Assembly (NCBI GenBank): GCA_965214225.1
Contig: OZ243942.1
Span: 712,298-776,297 of the forward strand
DNA length: 64,000 nucleotides
Direction: 5' to 3'
Source: Polyangiales bacterium
Lineage (GTDB): Bacteria; Myxococcota_A; Polyangia; Polyangiales; CBDCBC01
The stretch's first letter is position 1. Every line of letters begins with the position of its first letter. A program made the position numbers and the translations under genes. Under the pieces are notes generated by a model. It did not search any database. It was not told the DNA's origin and saw only the letters and a program-made list of their open reading frames with translations. This document shows positions 45,057 through 52,997 of this stretch, one piece after another.

Positions 45057-46637
45057 TCAGGCTGCATGTCGAAGGGGTGCGGTGGCTTCGAACTTCCACT
45101 GGTCGTTCTCGCGCTCTGCTCGGGCCAGCTCCCAATCGTCGCGGAAGAGCGCCACCGGCTGCCCATCCTGGTCCTGAACAGCCATCGGGATCCGCCGCGC
45201 CCGCAACGCCTCCACGTTTTCCGCTTGCGGAACCCAACGGGCGAGCGACAAAGGGAGCGGCTCTAAAACAACAGGCGCCCCATACTCGTGCTCCAGGCGG
45301 TACATCAGCACATCGAACTGAAGCCGCCCTACCACACCTAAAATGGGATCCTTTTCCCGCTTGGGTTGAGTGAACAGTTGCACCGTACCCTCTTCAGCGA
45401 GCTGAATGATGCCCTTCTGCAGCTGCTTGCGCTTCATCGGGTCTTTGAGTTGAAGTCGAGCGAAATACTCGGGCGAGAAGCGCGGCACCGTGTCGAAATG
45501 AATGGATGCATCTTCAGCAAGGGTATCGCCTATCCTGAAGATGCCGGGGTCGTACAGACCAACCACGTCGCCCGCATAGGCTTCCGTTATTGCACTGCGT
45601 TCTTGTGCCATGAACTGCTCAGCGCGGTTGAGCCGGATCTCCTTACCAAGGCGCGTGTGCCATACACGCATCCCTCCTTGAAATTTGCCGGAGCACACAC
45701 GCAGAAAAGCGATTCGGTCGCGGTGCGATGGATCCATGTTGGCCTGCACCTTGAACACAAAGGCACTGAATCTAGCATCATCAGGAGCAAGCAGACCTGA
45801 TGATGTCGTGCGCGCACCGGGAGCGGGGCAGAGTTCAGAAAATTTCTCCAAGAAGGGCTCGACGCCGAAGTTGGTGAGCGCGCTGCCAAAGAACACAGGC
45901 GTAAGCTCGCCTGCGAGGAACCTCTCCTTATTGAACGCCTCACCGGCGCCGTCGAGCAGCTCAACTTCTTCCTGCAATGTGCTTAGCAGCTCGTTGCCGA
46001 CGTAGGCCCGCACAGCTTTGTCATCTAGCTTTCCAACCTGCGCGAAGGACTTGGTCGAGTTCTTCTTGGTGCGCTCAAAGGTCAGGACGTGCTGCTCTTG
46101 TCTTCGGTAGACACCACGGAAGCGGTCGCCACTTCCGATCGGCCAATTCATGGGCGAGGTGTCAATGCCGAGAACTTCCTCCACCTCCGCCATCAACGAA
46201 AACGGATCTCGACCTGGTCTGTCGAGCTTGTTGACGAAGGTCACTATAGGTGTGCCCCGCTGCCGACAAACCTGGAAGAGCTTTCGCGTCTGAGGCTCGA
46301 CACCTTTGGCAGCATCGATCAACATCACGGCACAGTCGGCTGCCATCAGCGTGCGGTACGTGTCTTCGCTAAAGTCCTGGTGACCAGGCGTATCGAGCAA
46401 GTTGTACCGAAGCTTGTTGAACTCGAACTGCATGACGCTCGAGGTCACCGAGATGCCCCGCTTTCGTTCCAGTTCCATCCAGTCGCTGGTGGCAGCACGC
46501 TGAGCGCGCCGCGCCTTGACCGCGCCTGCCATGTGAATGGCGCCGCCGTAGAGCAGCAGCTTCTCGGTCATTGTGGTCTTACCCGCATCAGGATGCGAGA
46601 TGATCGCGAAAGTGCGGCGGTTTTGATAAGGCTGCAT
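45057..46637 (-). CDS. prfC: peptide chain release factor 3
   Basis: RRTFAIISHPDAGKTTMTEKLLL G1 motif, DTPGHQDF and NKLDR. Start set at ATG 46637, giving 526 aa. Confidence 0.93.
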   Translation of the reverse strand: MQPYQNRRTFAIISHPDAGKTTMTEKLLLYGGAIHMAGAVKARRAQRAATSDWMELERKRGISVTSSVMQFEFNKLRYNLLDTPGHQDFSEDTYRTLMAADCAVMLIDAAKGVEPQTRKLFQVCRQRGTPIVTFVNKLDRPGRDPFSLMAEVEEVLGIDTSPMNWPIGSGDRFRGVYRRQEQHVLTFERTKKNSTKSFAQVGKLDDKAVRAYVGNELLSTLQEEVELLDGAGEAFNKERFLAGELTPVFFGSALTNFGVEPFLEKFSELCPAPGARTTSSGLLAPDDARFSAFVFKVQANMDPSHRDRIAFLRVCSGKFQGGMRVWHTRLGKEIRLNRAEQFMAQERSAITEAYAGDVVGLYDPGIFRIGDTLAEDASIHFDTVPRFSPEYFARLQLKDPMKRKQLQKGIIQLAEEGTVQLFTQPKREKDPILGVVGRLQFDVLMYRLEHEYGAPVVLEPLPLSLARWVPQAENVEALRARRIPMAVQDQDGQPVALFRDDWELARAERENDQWKFEATAPLRHAA

Positions 46638-46760
46638 GAAAAGACGGAAATATAGCAGCTCAAGCAAAGGGCGGACCAGCTTTTGCACCCTTTCCAGTAA
46701 AGCTTCGGCCCCATTTCAGGCGAGAGACGCTAGTCGTTCCCCCTTGCAGGACGTGCCGTC

Positions 46761-47840
46761 GTGGGAGTAGACTCCGCTGATATGCTGCAAACAAAGCCGA
46801 CAGAGGCCGCACCGTCTCGCGTAGCCCAAGCCTCCTACTATGGCGCGCACGCTGCCGCCTTTGCGATTTTTGGTCTGGCGCAGCGCGCGACGCGACGCCT
46901 GCTCAAGCAGGACACGCAGTCCGACGTGGTGCTGCAGCGCGAGCTGCGAACGCGGTATCTCGACCTGCTCGCTCAGGATTTGCGAAACGTGACCGACGGC
47001 ATCTATCCTGCTCAAGCATTGCGTGAACTTCCCGTTGACCACTATGCAAGGCAGCTCCCCAACCTCTTGACCGAGCTCCCTCGCCTGCACCGCCGACGTG
47101 AACGCGTGGGGTACAGCGAACTGCCGGTGTCCGCTAAGTTGGAATCTTACCCGCCCTATTATCGGCGAAACTTTCACTGGCAGAGCGACGGCTATCTTAG
47201 CCGTGAGTCGGCGAAGCTCTATGACCTCTCGGTGGAGTTTCTGTTTTTAGGCGCAGCGGATGTCATGCGACGGCAAGTGGCGCTTCCAATGAGGCAGTGG
47301 GCTGACCGACGCAACGCGTCCACCCCCCTGCGCATCCTCGACGTGGGTTGTGGCACAGGGCGCACCTTGCAACAACTTCTGTTCGCCTTTCCAGAAGCCG
47401 AGCTTATAGGCGTGGACCTGAGCGAGCCATACGTCGCCTTTGCAAGACAGAGCTTCACCGATCACACAAACGCCACATTCGTCTGCGATAATGGCGAATC
47501 GCTGCCGTTTCCTAACCACGACTTTGACATCGTCACCAGCACCTACCTCTTCCATGAGTTACCCAAGTTTACCCGCCGACGCGTGATTGCCGAGATGCGT
47601 CGTGTGCTCAAACCGGGCGGCCTCGCAGTCGTTCAGGATTCAGTGCAGAGAAATGACAGCGCAACGCTGATGCCCGTACTAGACGCGTTCCACCGCGACT
47701 TTCATGAACCTTTCTACCGACACTACCTTGAAGATGATCTCGAGGAACTGTTCGCTGAAAGTGGCATCCGCGTGGAAGAGAGTAAGGTGAACTTTGTTGC
47801 TAAGACCGTATCCGGCACTCTACCCTCTGTGCACCACTGA
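46761..47840 (+). CDS. class I SAM-dependent methyltransferase
   Basis: ILDVGCGTGR motif I and VLKPGGLAVV post-I/II motifs. Confidence 0.8.
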   Translation: MGVDSADMLQTKPTEAAPSRVAQASYYGAHAAAFAIFGLAQRATRRLLKQDTQSDVVLQRELRTRYLDLLAQDLRNVTDGIYPAQALRELPVDHYARQLPNLLTELPRLHRRRERVGYSELPVSAKLESYPPYYRRNFHWQSDGYLSRESAKLYDLSVEFLFLGAADVMRRQVALPMRQWADRRNASTPLRILDVGCGTGRTLQQLLFAFPEAELIGVDLSEPYVAFARQSFTDHTNATFVCDNGESLPFPNHDFDIVTSTYLFHELPKFTRRRVIAEMRRVLKPGGLAVVQDSVQRNDSATLMPVLDAFHRDFHEPFYRHYLEDDLEELFAESGIRVEESKVNFVAKTVSGTLPSVHH

Positions 47841-47986
47841 GTTACTCCGACCACTGAGTTACTCCGACCACTGAGTTACTCCGACCACTGAGTTACTCCG
47901 ACCACTGAGTTACTCCGACCACTGAGTTACTCCGACCACTGAGTTACTCCGACCACTGAGTTACTCCGACCACTGAGTTACTCCGA
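47834..47986. repeat. 17-bp tandem repeat x9 (ccactgagttactccga)
   Basis: Nine exact contiguous units followed by decaying copies to ~48040. Unit 1 contains the last two codons and the TGA stop of the methyltransferase gene (cac cac tga). Confidence 0.97.
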
Positions 47987-48292
47987 CCACTGAATCACGC
48001 GGGTAACTGAATCACATCGACCGCTGAGTCACATCGACTTCTGGCCACGGTGCGTCCCTCTGCCCGCTGCGCCTCGCCAGACTACGATAGATAACCGGTT
48101 TGGGCTGACGGATGTGTAGAGGCTGGAGCGTGTAGCGGTGTGAGCTCGTCGCTATGCTGCTGTCATTACCACACCACTTATGACAAATGCCATAAATGGC
48201 GTGGGACTTGCTGGTTCCACCTGCACGCATCAATCGCACCTGGGTGAGCCGTGCTAGGGTGGCAGGATGCTTGCGCGAACGGTGGCGGTTCG

Positions 48293-49663
48293 ATGGAAAT
48301 AGCCGGCTGGGGAAGACAAGGCGTGGAGGGGCAGGAGCTGTTTTCTGAGCACCTGCTCCCGCTCGGAGCCACGGGTGCTCTCTCTCGGGGGCTCGGCCGC
48401 TCCTACGGCGACTCGTCTTTACCTCCAAGTTCCAACCCCATTGCAATCAACACCACATTTGCCGACCGGCTGATCCGCTTCGACTCGGAGAGTGGAGAAC
48501 TCCACGCAGAAGCGGGATTTAGGCTCCTAGACCTCAACCGCATCTTCTGGCCTCGCGGCTGGACAACGCCTGTGTCGCCCGGAACTCAATACGTCACCCT
48601 TGGGGGCATGGTGGCGTCCGACGTGCACGGAAAAAACCACCACGTCGAAGGTTGCTTTGGCAACCATGTGTTGGCGCTTCGAATGCTGCCTGGCTCGGGT
48701 GAAGCCACATGGTGCTCGCGCACCGAGCATCCAGACCTTTTCTGGGCCACGGCAGGTGGCATGGGACTGACCGGCCATATCCTTGAGGTTAAGCTCCAAC
48801 TCAAACCCATTGCGTCAGCGTGGATCTGGGGCGAGAGCGAACGAATCGACAACCTGGACGCGTTTTTGCGCGGGTTGGATGAGGCCGCTACCTCGTGGCC
48901 GTACACCGTGGGTTGGATCGACGCTCTAGCTAAGGGACACCGCACAGGGCGCGGGATCCTCTACAAGGGGCGCTGGGCACAACCGGAGGAGGCTCCTGCG
49001 CGTCTGCCTAAGCCGCGAGCACGCCTCTCTGTCCCCGTGGAGTGCCCGTCGTGGGTGATGGGGCGGGCGGTGGTGCGTGGCTTCAACTTCCTCTACTTTT
49101 GGAAGCACCTGAAGCGCAAGCGCGTGGGGATAGTTCACCCTGAGTCCTTCTTCTATCCGTTGGACGTCGCCCTGCATTGGAATCGGCTTTATGGACGGCA
49201 AGGCGTCGTGCAGTACCAGTGCGTCCTGCCGAAAGCAGCCGGGGCAGATGGCGTCAGGCGCATGCTCCAGGTGCTCAGCCAACGAGGCGGTGCCTCCTTT
49301 CTATGCGTCCTCAAAGACTGCGGACCCGAGGGACAGGGGCTTCTTTCGTTTCCGATGCAGGGAACGTCCATCGCGCTCGACCTTCCCCTCCGACCGCAGA
49401 CGCAAGAGCTGGTGGATGCACTCAATGAGCAGCTCCTGCGCGAGGGCGGACGCATCTACCTCACCAAAGATGCGCTGACACGCCCGCACCATTTCCGTCA
49501 GATGGAGTCCCGTCTGGCGGACTGGCAGAGTGTGCGCCACCGCTGGGACCCGGAAAGACGCTTTGGCAGCGCTCAAGCCGAGCGCTTACTCGACGCATCC
49601 CCTAGCCCACCCCCTAATAATGCAGCGATGAGCCAAAGGTTCACGCGAGGAGGTAACCAATGA
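48293..49663 (+). CDS. FAD-binding oxidoreductase, DprE1-like (decaprenylphosphoryl-ribose 2'-oxidase family)
   Basis: Collinear motifs shared with mycobacterial DprE1 as recalled: GWGR, RGLGRSYGD, TLGGMVASDVHGKNHH, FGNHV, LFWATAGGMGLTG, YPLD..WNRLYG..G..QYQ and GGRIYLTKD. ATG 48251 is an alternative start. Confidence 0.82.
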   Translation: MEIAGWGRQGVEGQELFSEHLLPLGATGALSRGLGRSYGDSSLPPSSNPIAINTTFADRLIRFDSESGELHAEAGFRLLDLNRIFWPRGWTTPVSPGTQYVTLGGMVASDVHGKNHHVEGCFGNHVLALRMLPGSGEATWCSRTEHPDLFWATAGGMGLTGHILEVKLQLKPIASAWIWGESERIDNLDAFLRGLDEAATSWPYTVGWIDALAKGHRTGRGILYKGRWAQPEEAPARLPKPRARLSVPVECPSWVMGRAVVRGFNFLYFWKHLKRKRVGIVHPESFFYPLDVALHWNRLYGRQGVVQYQCVLPKAAGADGVRRMLQVLSQRGGASFLCVLKDCGPEGQGLLSFPMQGTSIALDLPLRPQTQELVDALNEQLLREGGRIYLTKDALTRPHHFRQMESRLADWQSVRHRWDPERRFGSAQAERLLDASPSPPPNNAAMSQRFTRGGNQ

Positions 49664-50394
49664 ATATCGTGCTCTTTGGCGCCACAAAAGGAATGGGCCG
49701 TGCACTGGCGCGCAGGTGCGCCCAACGTGGTGACCGGCTCTTCCTCCTGGGACGCCACCTGGAAGACCTGGAGCGCAGCGCATGTGACCTGCGCATCCGC
49801 GCAGAAGCTGATGTGGGCTCGGCATACTGCGATCTTGCGGAACCGGACAGTTTCGAGCCAGCGGCCGGCGCAGCGCGCGAGCACCTTGGCAGAGTGGACG
49901 CTGTGGTGGTCACAGCGGGTGTATTTGCTACCCAGGCCGCACTGGAGCGCGACGCGCAGCAATGCCGCGATTTGCTCACCCTCAACTTTGTCAACACCGT
50001 CCTCTTCTGTGAAATCTTTAGACGCCTCTTACTCGCCCAAGGCGGAGGCACGTTGTGCGTCTTCAGCTCTGTGGCCGGTGATCGAGCGCGCAAACCGGTA
50101 ATCATCTATGGCGCGAGCAAAGCCGGTCTTTCGCACTACTTGGAGGGTCTCGACCACAAGTACGCGCATCAGGGGTTGCACGTGGTCACGGTCAAACCCG
50201 GATTTGTTAAAACCTCGATGACCGCTGCACTCAAACCTCCTCCGTTCGCGGGGACCCCTGAGCAGGTCGCAGAGCAGGTGGCTCGAGCGCTCGAGAAGAA
50301 GCCGCCCGTCGTCTACACACCGAAGATTTGGCGGCTCGTGATGATGGTGATTCGTGCCGTTCCCCGATTCGTTATGCGAAAGGTCTCATTTTAG
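49660..50394 (+). CDS. short-chain dehydrogenase/reductase, DprE2-like
   Basis: LFGATKGMGRALA Rossmann motif and YGASKAG catalytic motif. The C-terminal WRLVMMVIRAVPRFVMRK tail resembles DprE2. 4-nt overlap with the upstream gene. Confidence 0.8.
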   Translation: MNIVLFGATKGMGRALARRCAQRGDRLFLLGRHLEDLERSACDLRIRAEADVGSAYCDLAEPDSFEPAAGAAREHLGRVDAVVVTAGVFATQAALERDAQQCRDLLTLNFVNTVLFCEIFRRLLLAQGGGTLCVFSSVAGDRARKPVIIYGASKAGLSHYLEGLDHKYAHQGLHVVTVKPGFVKTSMTAALKPPPFAGTPEQVAEQVARALEKKPPVVYTPKIWRLVMMVIRAVPRFVMRKVSF

Positions 50395-50424
50395 AGCTGC
50401 AGTTACTTTTAGAGCTGCAGTCAC
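50389..50424. repeat. 18-bp tandem repeat x2 (ttttagagctgcagttac)
   Basis: Two adjacent units (17/18 identical). Unit 1 contains the TAG stop (50392-50394) of the SDR gene. Confidence 0.9.
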
Positions 50425-50649
50425 ATTGTTGCCAAAATCCGTCCTCGGAATGTTTTGTGCACGTAGGCAATCGCATCTAGCTTTGGGGGCAGTGATGAAT
50501 CGTCTTGATCTAGTGGCGACGCACTTTGGAAGGGCCGTGCGTCGTGTTGGCCAGCCGGGGTGACCTGCTTGAGCGCAGACGCATCGCCGTGGCTGGCCCG
50601 CGGGCCGATACATCGCCGCTCACTCAGCGGGACCCACCGTCCTTTGGAC

Positions 50650-51190
50650 GGTCCCCCCAATACGTTCGCTCACGATGCATCTTCCCGCGGGCCCGTCGTA
50701 CATGCCGACATGCGGCACGGGGGAGAGTGGCGTAGTCGACTTCGCCAAGGAGGCTCATTTCCGGGGCGAACCCAATGATTTACACCGATGTATGGACGCA
50801 TCGCGCGGTTGACCCTGCTACCCGAACACGTTCGTGATGGGCGGGGGAGTTTGGGTGAATACCGCGGGATTGACTTCCGCGGCAGAGGGTCTGGGTGCCA
50901 GACCCTCAGTAAAAGTCGCAGCGGTCCCCCCAATGCGTTCGCTCACGATGCATCGGCCAGCAGGCCCGTCGTACATGCCGACATGCGGCACGGGGGAGAG
51001 TGGCGTAGTCGACTTCGCCAAGGAGCTCATTTCCACAAGCCTCCCGGCGATTTGCAACACTGTATGGATGCCATGACCGTCCTCCCTGCTACCCGAACAC
51101 GTTCGTGATGGCGGGGGAGTTTGGGTGAATACCGCGGGATTGACTTCCGCGGTAGAGGGTCTGGGTGCCAGACCCTCGGTAAAAAGAGCG
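50650..51190. repeat. 273-bp tandem direct repeat x2 with conserved hairpins
   Basis: Copy 1 is ~50650-50922 and copy 2 is ~50923-51190. The flanking ~100 nt and ~110 nt are near-identical, while a central ~60-nt segment has diverged. Each copy has a perfect 10-bp stem (gagggtctgg-gtg-ccagaccctc) and a ccgcgg...ccgcgg hairpin. Confidence 0.9.
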
Positions 51191-51277
51191 TAGCCGCCTT
51201 CGCGCGCGGCCTTCTCTGTGAGCTGGATGAGGTCTTGCATCTTGTCGCAGAAGAACGATTGTGATTTGCTCACAGTC

Positions 51278-51883
51278 ATGAAAATGACGCTAAGCATCCC
51301 GCGCGACGACCTCTTTCGCTTCATTCGGCAGGCCGCTCCGATTAGGATTCACCTCACCTCAACTGACGACGACTCAAAGTGGATCGAACTGGAACTTCCC
51401 GAAGAGCTGGAGATGGTGCCGGGCGAGGGTGTCCGGGTTACCACACATGGCCGGCTGCGCTACGAGGTGGCTGGAATGAAAGTGCCACTCAAGATCCGCA
51501 CCGCCACCTTTATGCTCAAACCCACACTCGTCACAACATCTGATATGCAAGAGCGCATCGCCTTTGCCATTGACATACTTCATGGCGACCTCGAGAAGAT
51601 TCCCGATTTCATCGACCGAGGCTTGATTCACAAAGTGAATAAAGCGCTGACGCCCGAAGCTTCGCAGATGGTTTGGGACTTCCGTGAGTCGCTGGCGAAC
51701 ACCTTCGAGATGCCCGAGCGGCTTGAGCCTCTCGGGCACCTCGCATTGAGCGCGCGAGGCGCAACAGTGCTGGTGACGGATCAGGCGTTGGAGCTGGTTC
51801 TTGACCTTCGTGCCGAACTCTCACGTCTGCGGGAACGACCCGTGACAGGTCCTCCCCCCTTAAGGCGCACGCCCGCTGCGTAA
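51278..51883 (+). CDS. hypothetical protein
   Basis: Balanced coding-like composition (MKMTLSIPRDDLFRFIRQ...). No family recognised. Start chosen at ATG 51278. Confidence 0.5.
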   Translation: MKMTLSIPRDDLFRFIRQAAPIRIHLTSTDDDSKWIELELPEELEMVPGEGVRVTTHGRLRYEVAGMKVPLKIRTATFMLKPTLVTTSDMQERIAFAIDILHGDLEKIPDFIDRGLIHKVNKALTPEASQMVWDFRESLANTFEMPERLEPLGHLALSARGATVLVTDQALELVLDLRAELSRLRERPVTGPPPLRRTPAA

Positions 51884-52041
51884 CCACGCCTTGACGCAAG
51901 CCGGTCACAAGGCCACCGACGTGCACTGCCTACAGGCAACCAGCGACAACTTCCGTTCCGGGAACCCAGCGCCGGGATGCCGACGCCAGAGTGCCACCCA
52001 TCCGCTACACACCGCATCCTACGTAGAAGCGGAGACCCATC

Positions 52042-52081
52042 CCTGTGCCCTGACTCATTCCTGTGCCCTGACCCATGTGCC
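52042..52081. repeat. 18-bp tandem repeat x2.2 (cctgtgccctgactcatt)
   Basis: Units at 52042 and 52060, plus a partial third. The array lies ~30 nt downstream of the peroxiredoxin stop (minus strand). Confidence 0.85.
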
Positions 52082-52110
52082 ATAAGTCTGCGCTCTGCCT
52101 ACTGCGCGAC

Positions 52111-52749
52111 CTACTTATTGGGTTGTGGAGTCAGCCTAAGGTACGGCCGCAGCTCCTTGTGCCCCTTGGGGAACCTGCGCTTCAGATCCTCTGGGTCGGT
52201 GATAGTCGGCGCTATCACAACGTCCTGGCCATCTTCCCAGTTGGCCGGTGTGGCCACGCTGTGGCTGTCGGTAAGCTGCAGGGAATCAAGAACCCGCAGT
52301 AGCTCATTGAAGTTTCGTCCCGTGCTTGGGGGATACGTCAACATCGCACGGATCTTCTTGTTTGGATCAATGAAGAAAACCGAGCGGACGGTCACCTTCG
52401 GCTCCAAATCGGGGTGGATCATGCCGTAAAGCTTGGAGACTTTTTGATCGACATCGGCCACGATGGGGTAGTTCAGCTTGGTGCCTTGCGTGTCCTCAAT
52501 GTCCGAGATCCAGTCGCGATGCGAGCTAGCTGGGTCCACGCTCAGGGCGAGCGCTTTGGCATTGCGTCGGTCAAACTCAGGCTTGAGCTTAGCCACGGCT
52601 CCGAGCTCTGTGGTGCACACGGGCGTGAAATCCTTCGGGTGCGAGAAAAACAGAACCCATTTATCTCCACTCCACTCGTGAAACTTGATTGTCCCCTCGC
52701 TGCTATCCTGCTCAAAGTCAGGCGCTTTGCTTCCCAGCTGTAACGTCAT
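52111..52749 (-). CDS. 1-Cys peroxiredoxin (Prx6-like)
   Basis: FSHPKDFTPVCTTE peroxidatic Cys motif. 212 aa from ATG 52749 (MTLQLGSKAPDF). Confidence 0.92.
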   Translation of the reverse strand: MTLQLGSKAPDFEQDSSEGTIKFHEWSGDKWVLFFSHPKDFTPVCTTELGAVAKLKPEFDRRNAKALALSVDPASSHRDWISDIEDTQGTKLNYPIVADVDQKVSKLYGMIHPDLEPKVTVRSVFFIDPNKKIRAMLTYPPSTGRNFNELLRVLDSLQLTDSHSVATPANWEDGQDVVIAPTITDPEDLKRRFPKGHKELRPYLRLTPQPNK

Positions 52750-52822
52750 GCGTCCTCCTACTAGTTCGTGCTCCCACAACAGCGTGTGAGCTATTTGCTG
52801 ATTTGAGTAACCGGTACGCCCC

Positions 52823-52894
52823 CACAGTGCCAGCCCTGGACACAGTGCCAGCCCTGGACACAGTGCCAGCCCTGGACACAGTGCCAGCCCTGCA
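52823..52894. repeat. 18-bp tandem repeat x4 (cacagtgccagccctgga)
   Basis: Three exact units and one variant unit read directly. Located between the glycosyltransferase stop and the peroxiredoxin start. Confidence 0.95.
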
Positions 52895-52938
52895 GACGCC
52901 TTGGCAGAGAAGCGACTGACTCGCTACGCGTTCGACTA

Positions 52939-52990
52939 CCGTGGGGCTTAGCTTGCCGTGGGGGCTTGGCTTACCGTGGGGCTTGGCTTT
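52939..52990. repeat. 17/18-bp tandem repeat x3 (ccgtggggcttggctta)
   Basis: Three adjacent imperfect units. On the minus strand the array begins 7 nt after the glycosyltransferase stop codon (52998-53000). Confidence 0.9.
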
Positions 52991-52997
52991 CCGCACG

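Noticed and set aside
47834-47986. Tandem arrays as CRISPR arrays
   Set aside because: The units are contiguous with no unique spacers, the periods of 15-24 bp are too short, and no cas genes are present.
50716-50752. Glycine-riboswitch-like core (GGGGGAGAG - hairpin - CGCCAAGGAG) within each 273-bp unit, later followed by CUCAGUAAAAG
   Set aside because: The CACCGAAGGGGCAA-type junction lacks a G (CGCC-AAGGAG). The spacing to the 3' CUCAGG-like element is ~150 nt instead of ~40. No glycine-metabolism gene follows. The resemblance is too partial without a covariance-model score.
50650-51190. 273-bp repeats as the template/variable repeat pair of a diversity-generating retroelement
   Set aside because: There is no reverse transcriptase nearby, the copies are not inside a target ORF, and the differences are clustered indels and mixed substitutions rather than adenine-specific changes.
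50818-51324. 168-aa minus-strand ORF across the 273-bp repeat (contains TEGLAPRPS.AEVNPAVFTQTPPP twice)
   Set aside because: The repeated peptide is only the translated DNA repeat, and the frame is broken in the other copy by indels. The ORF overlaps the start of the more convincing plus-strand gene at 51278. It remains possible that it is a decayed gene fragment.
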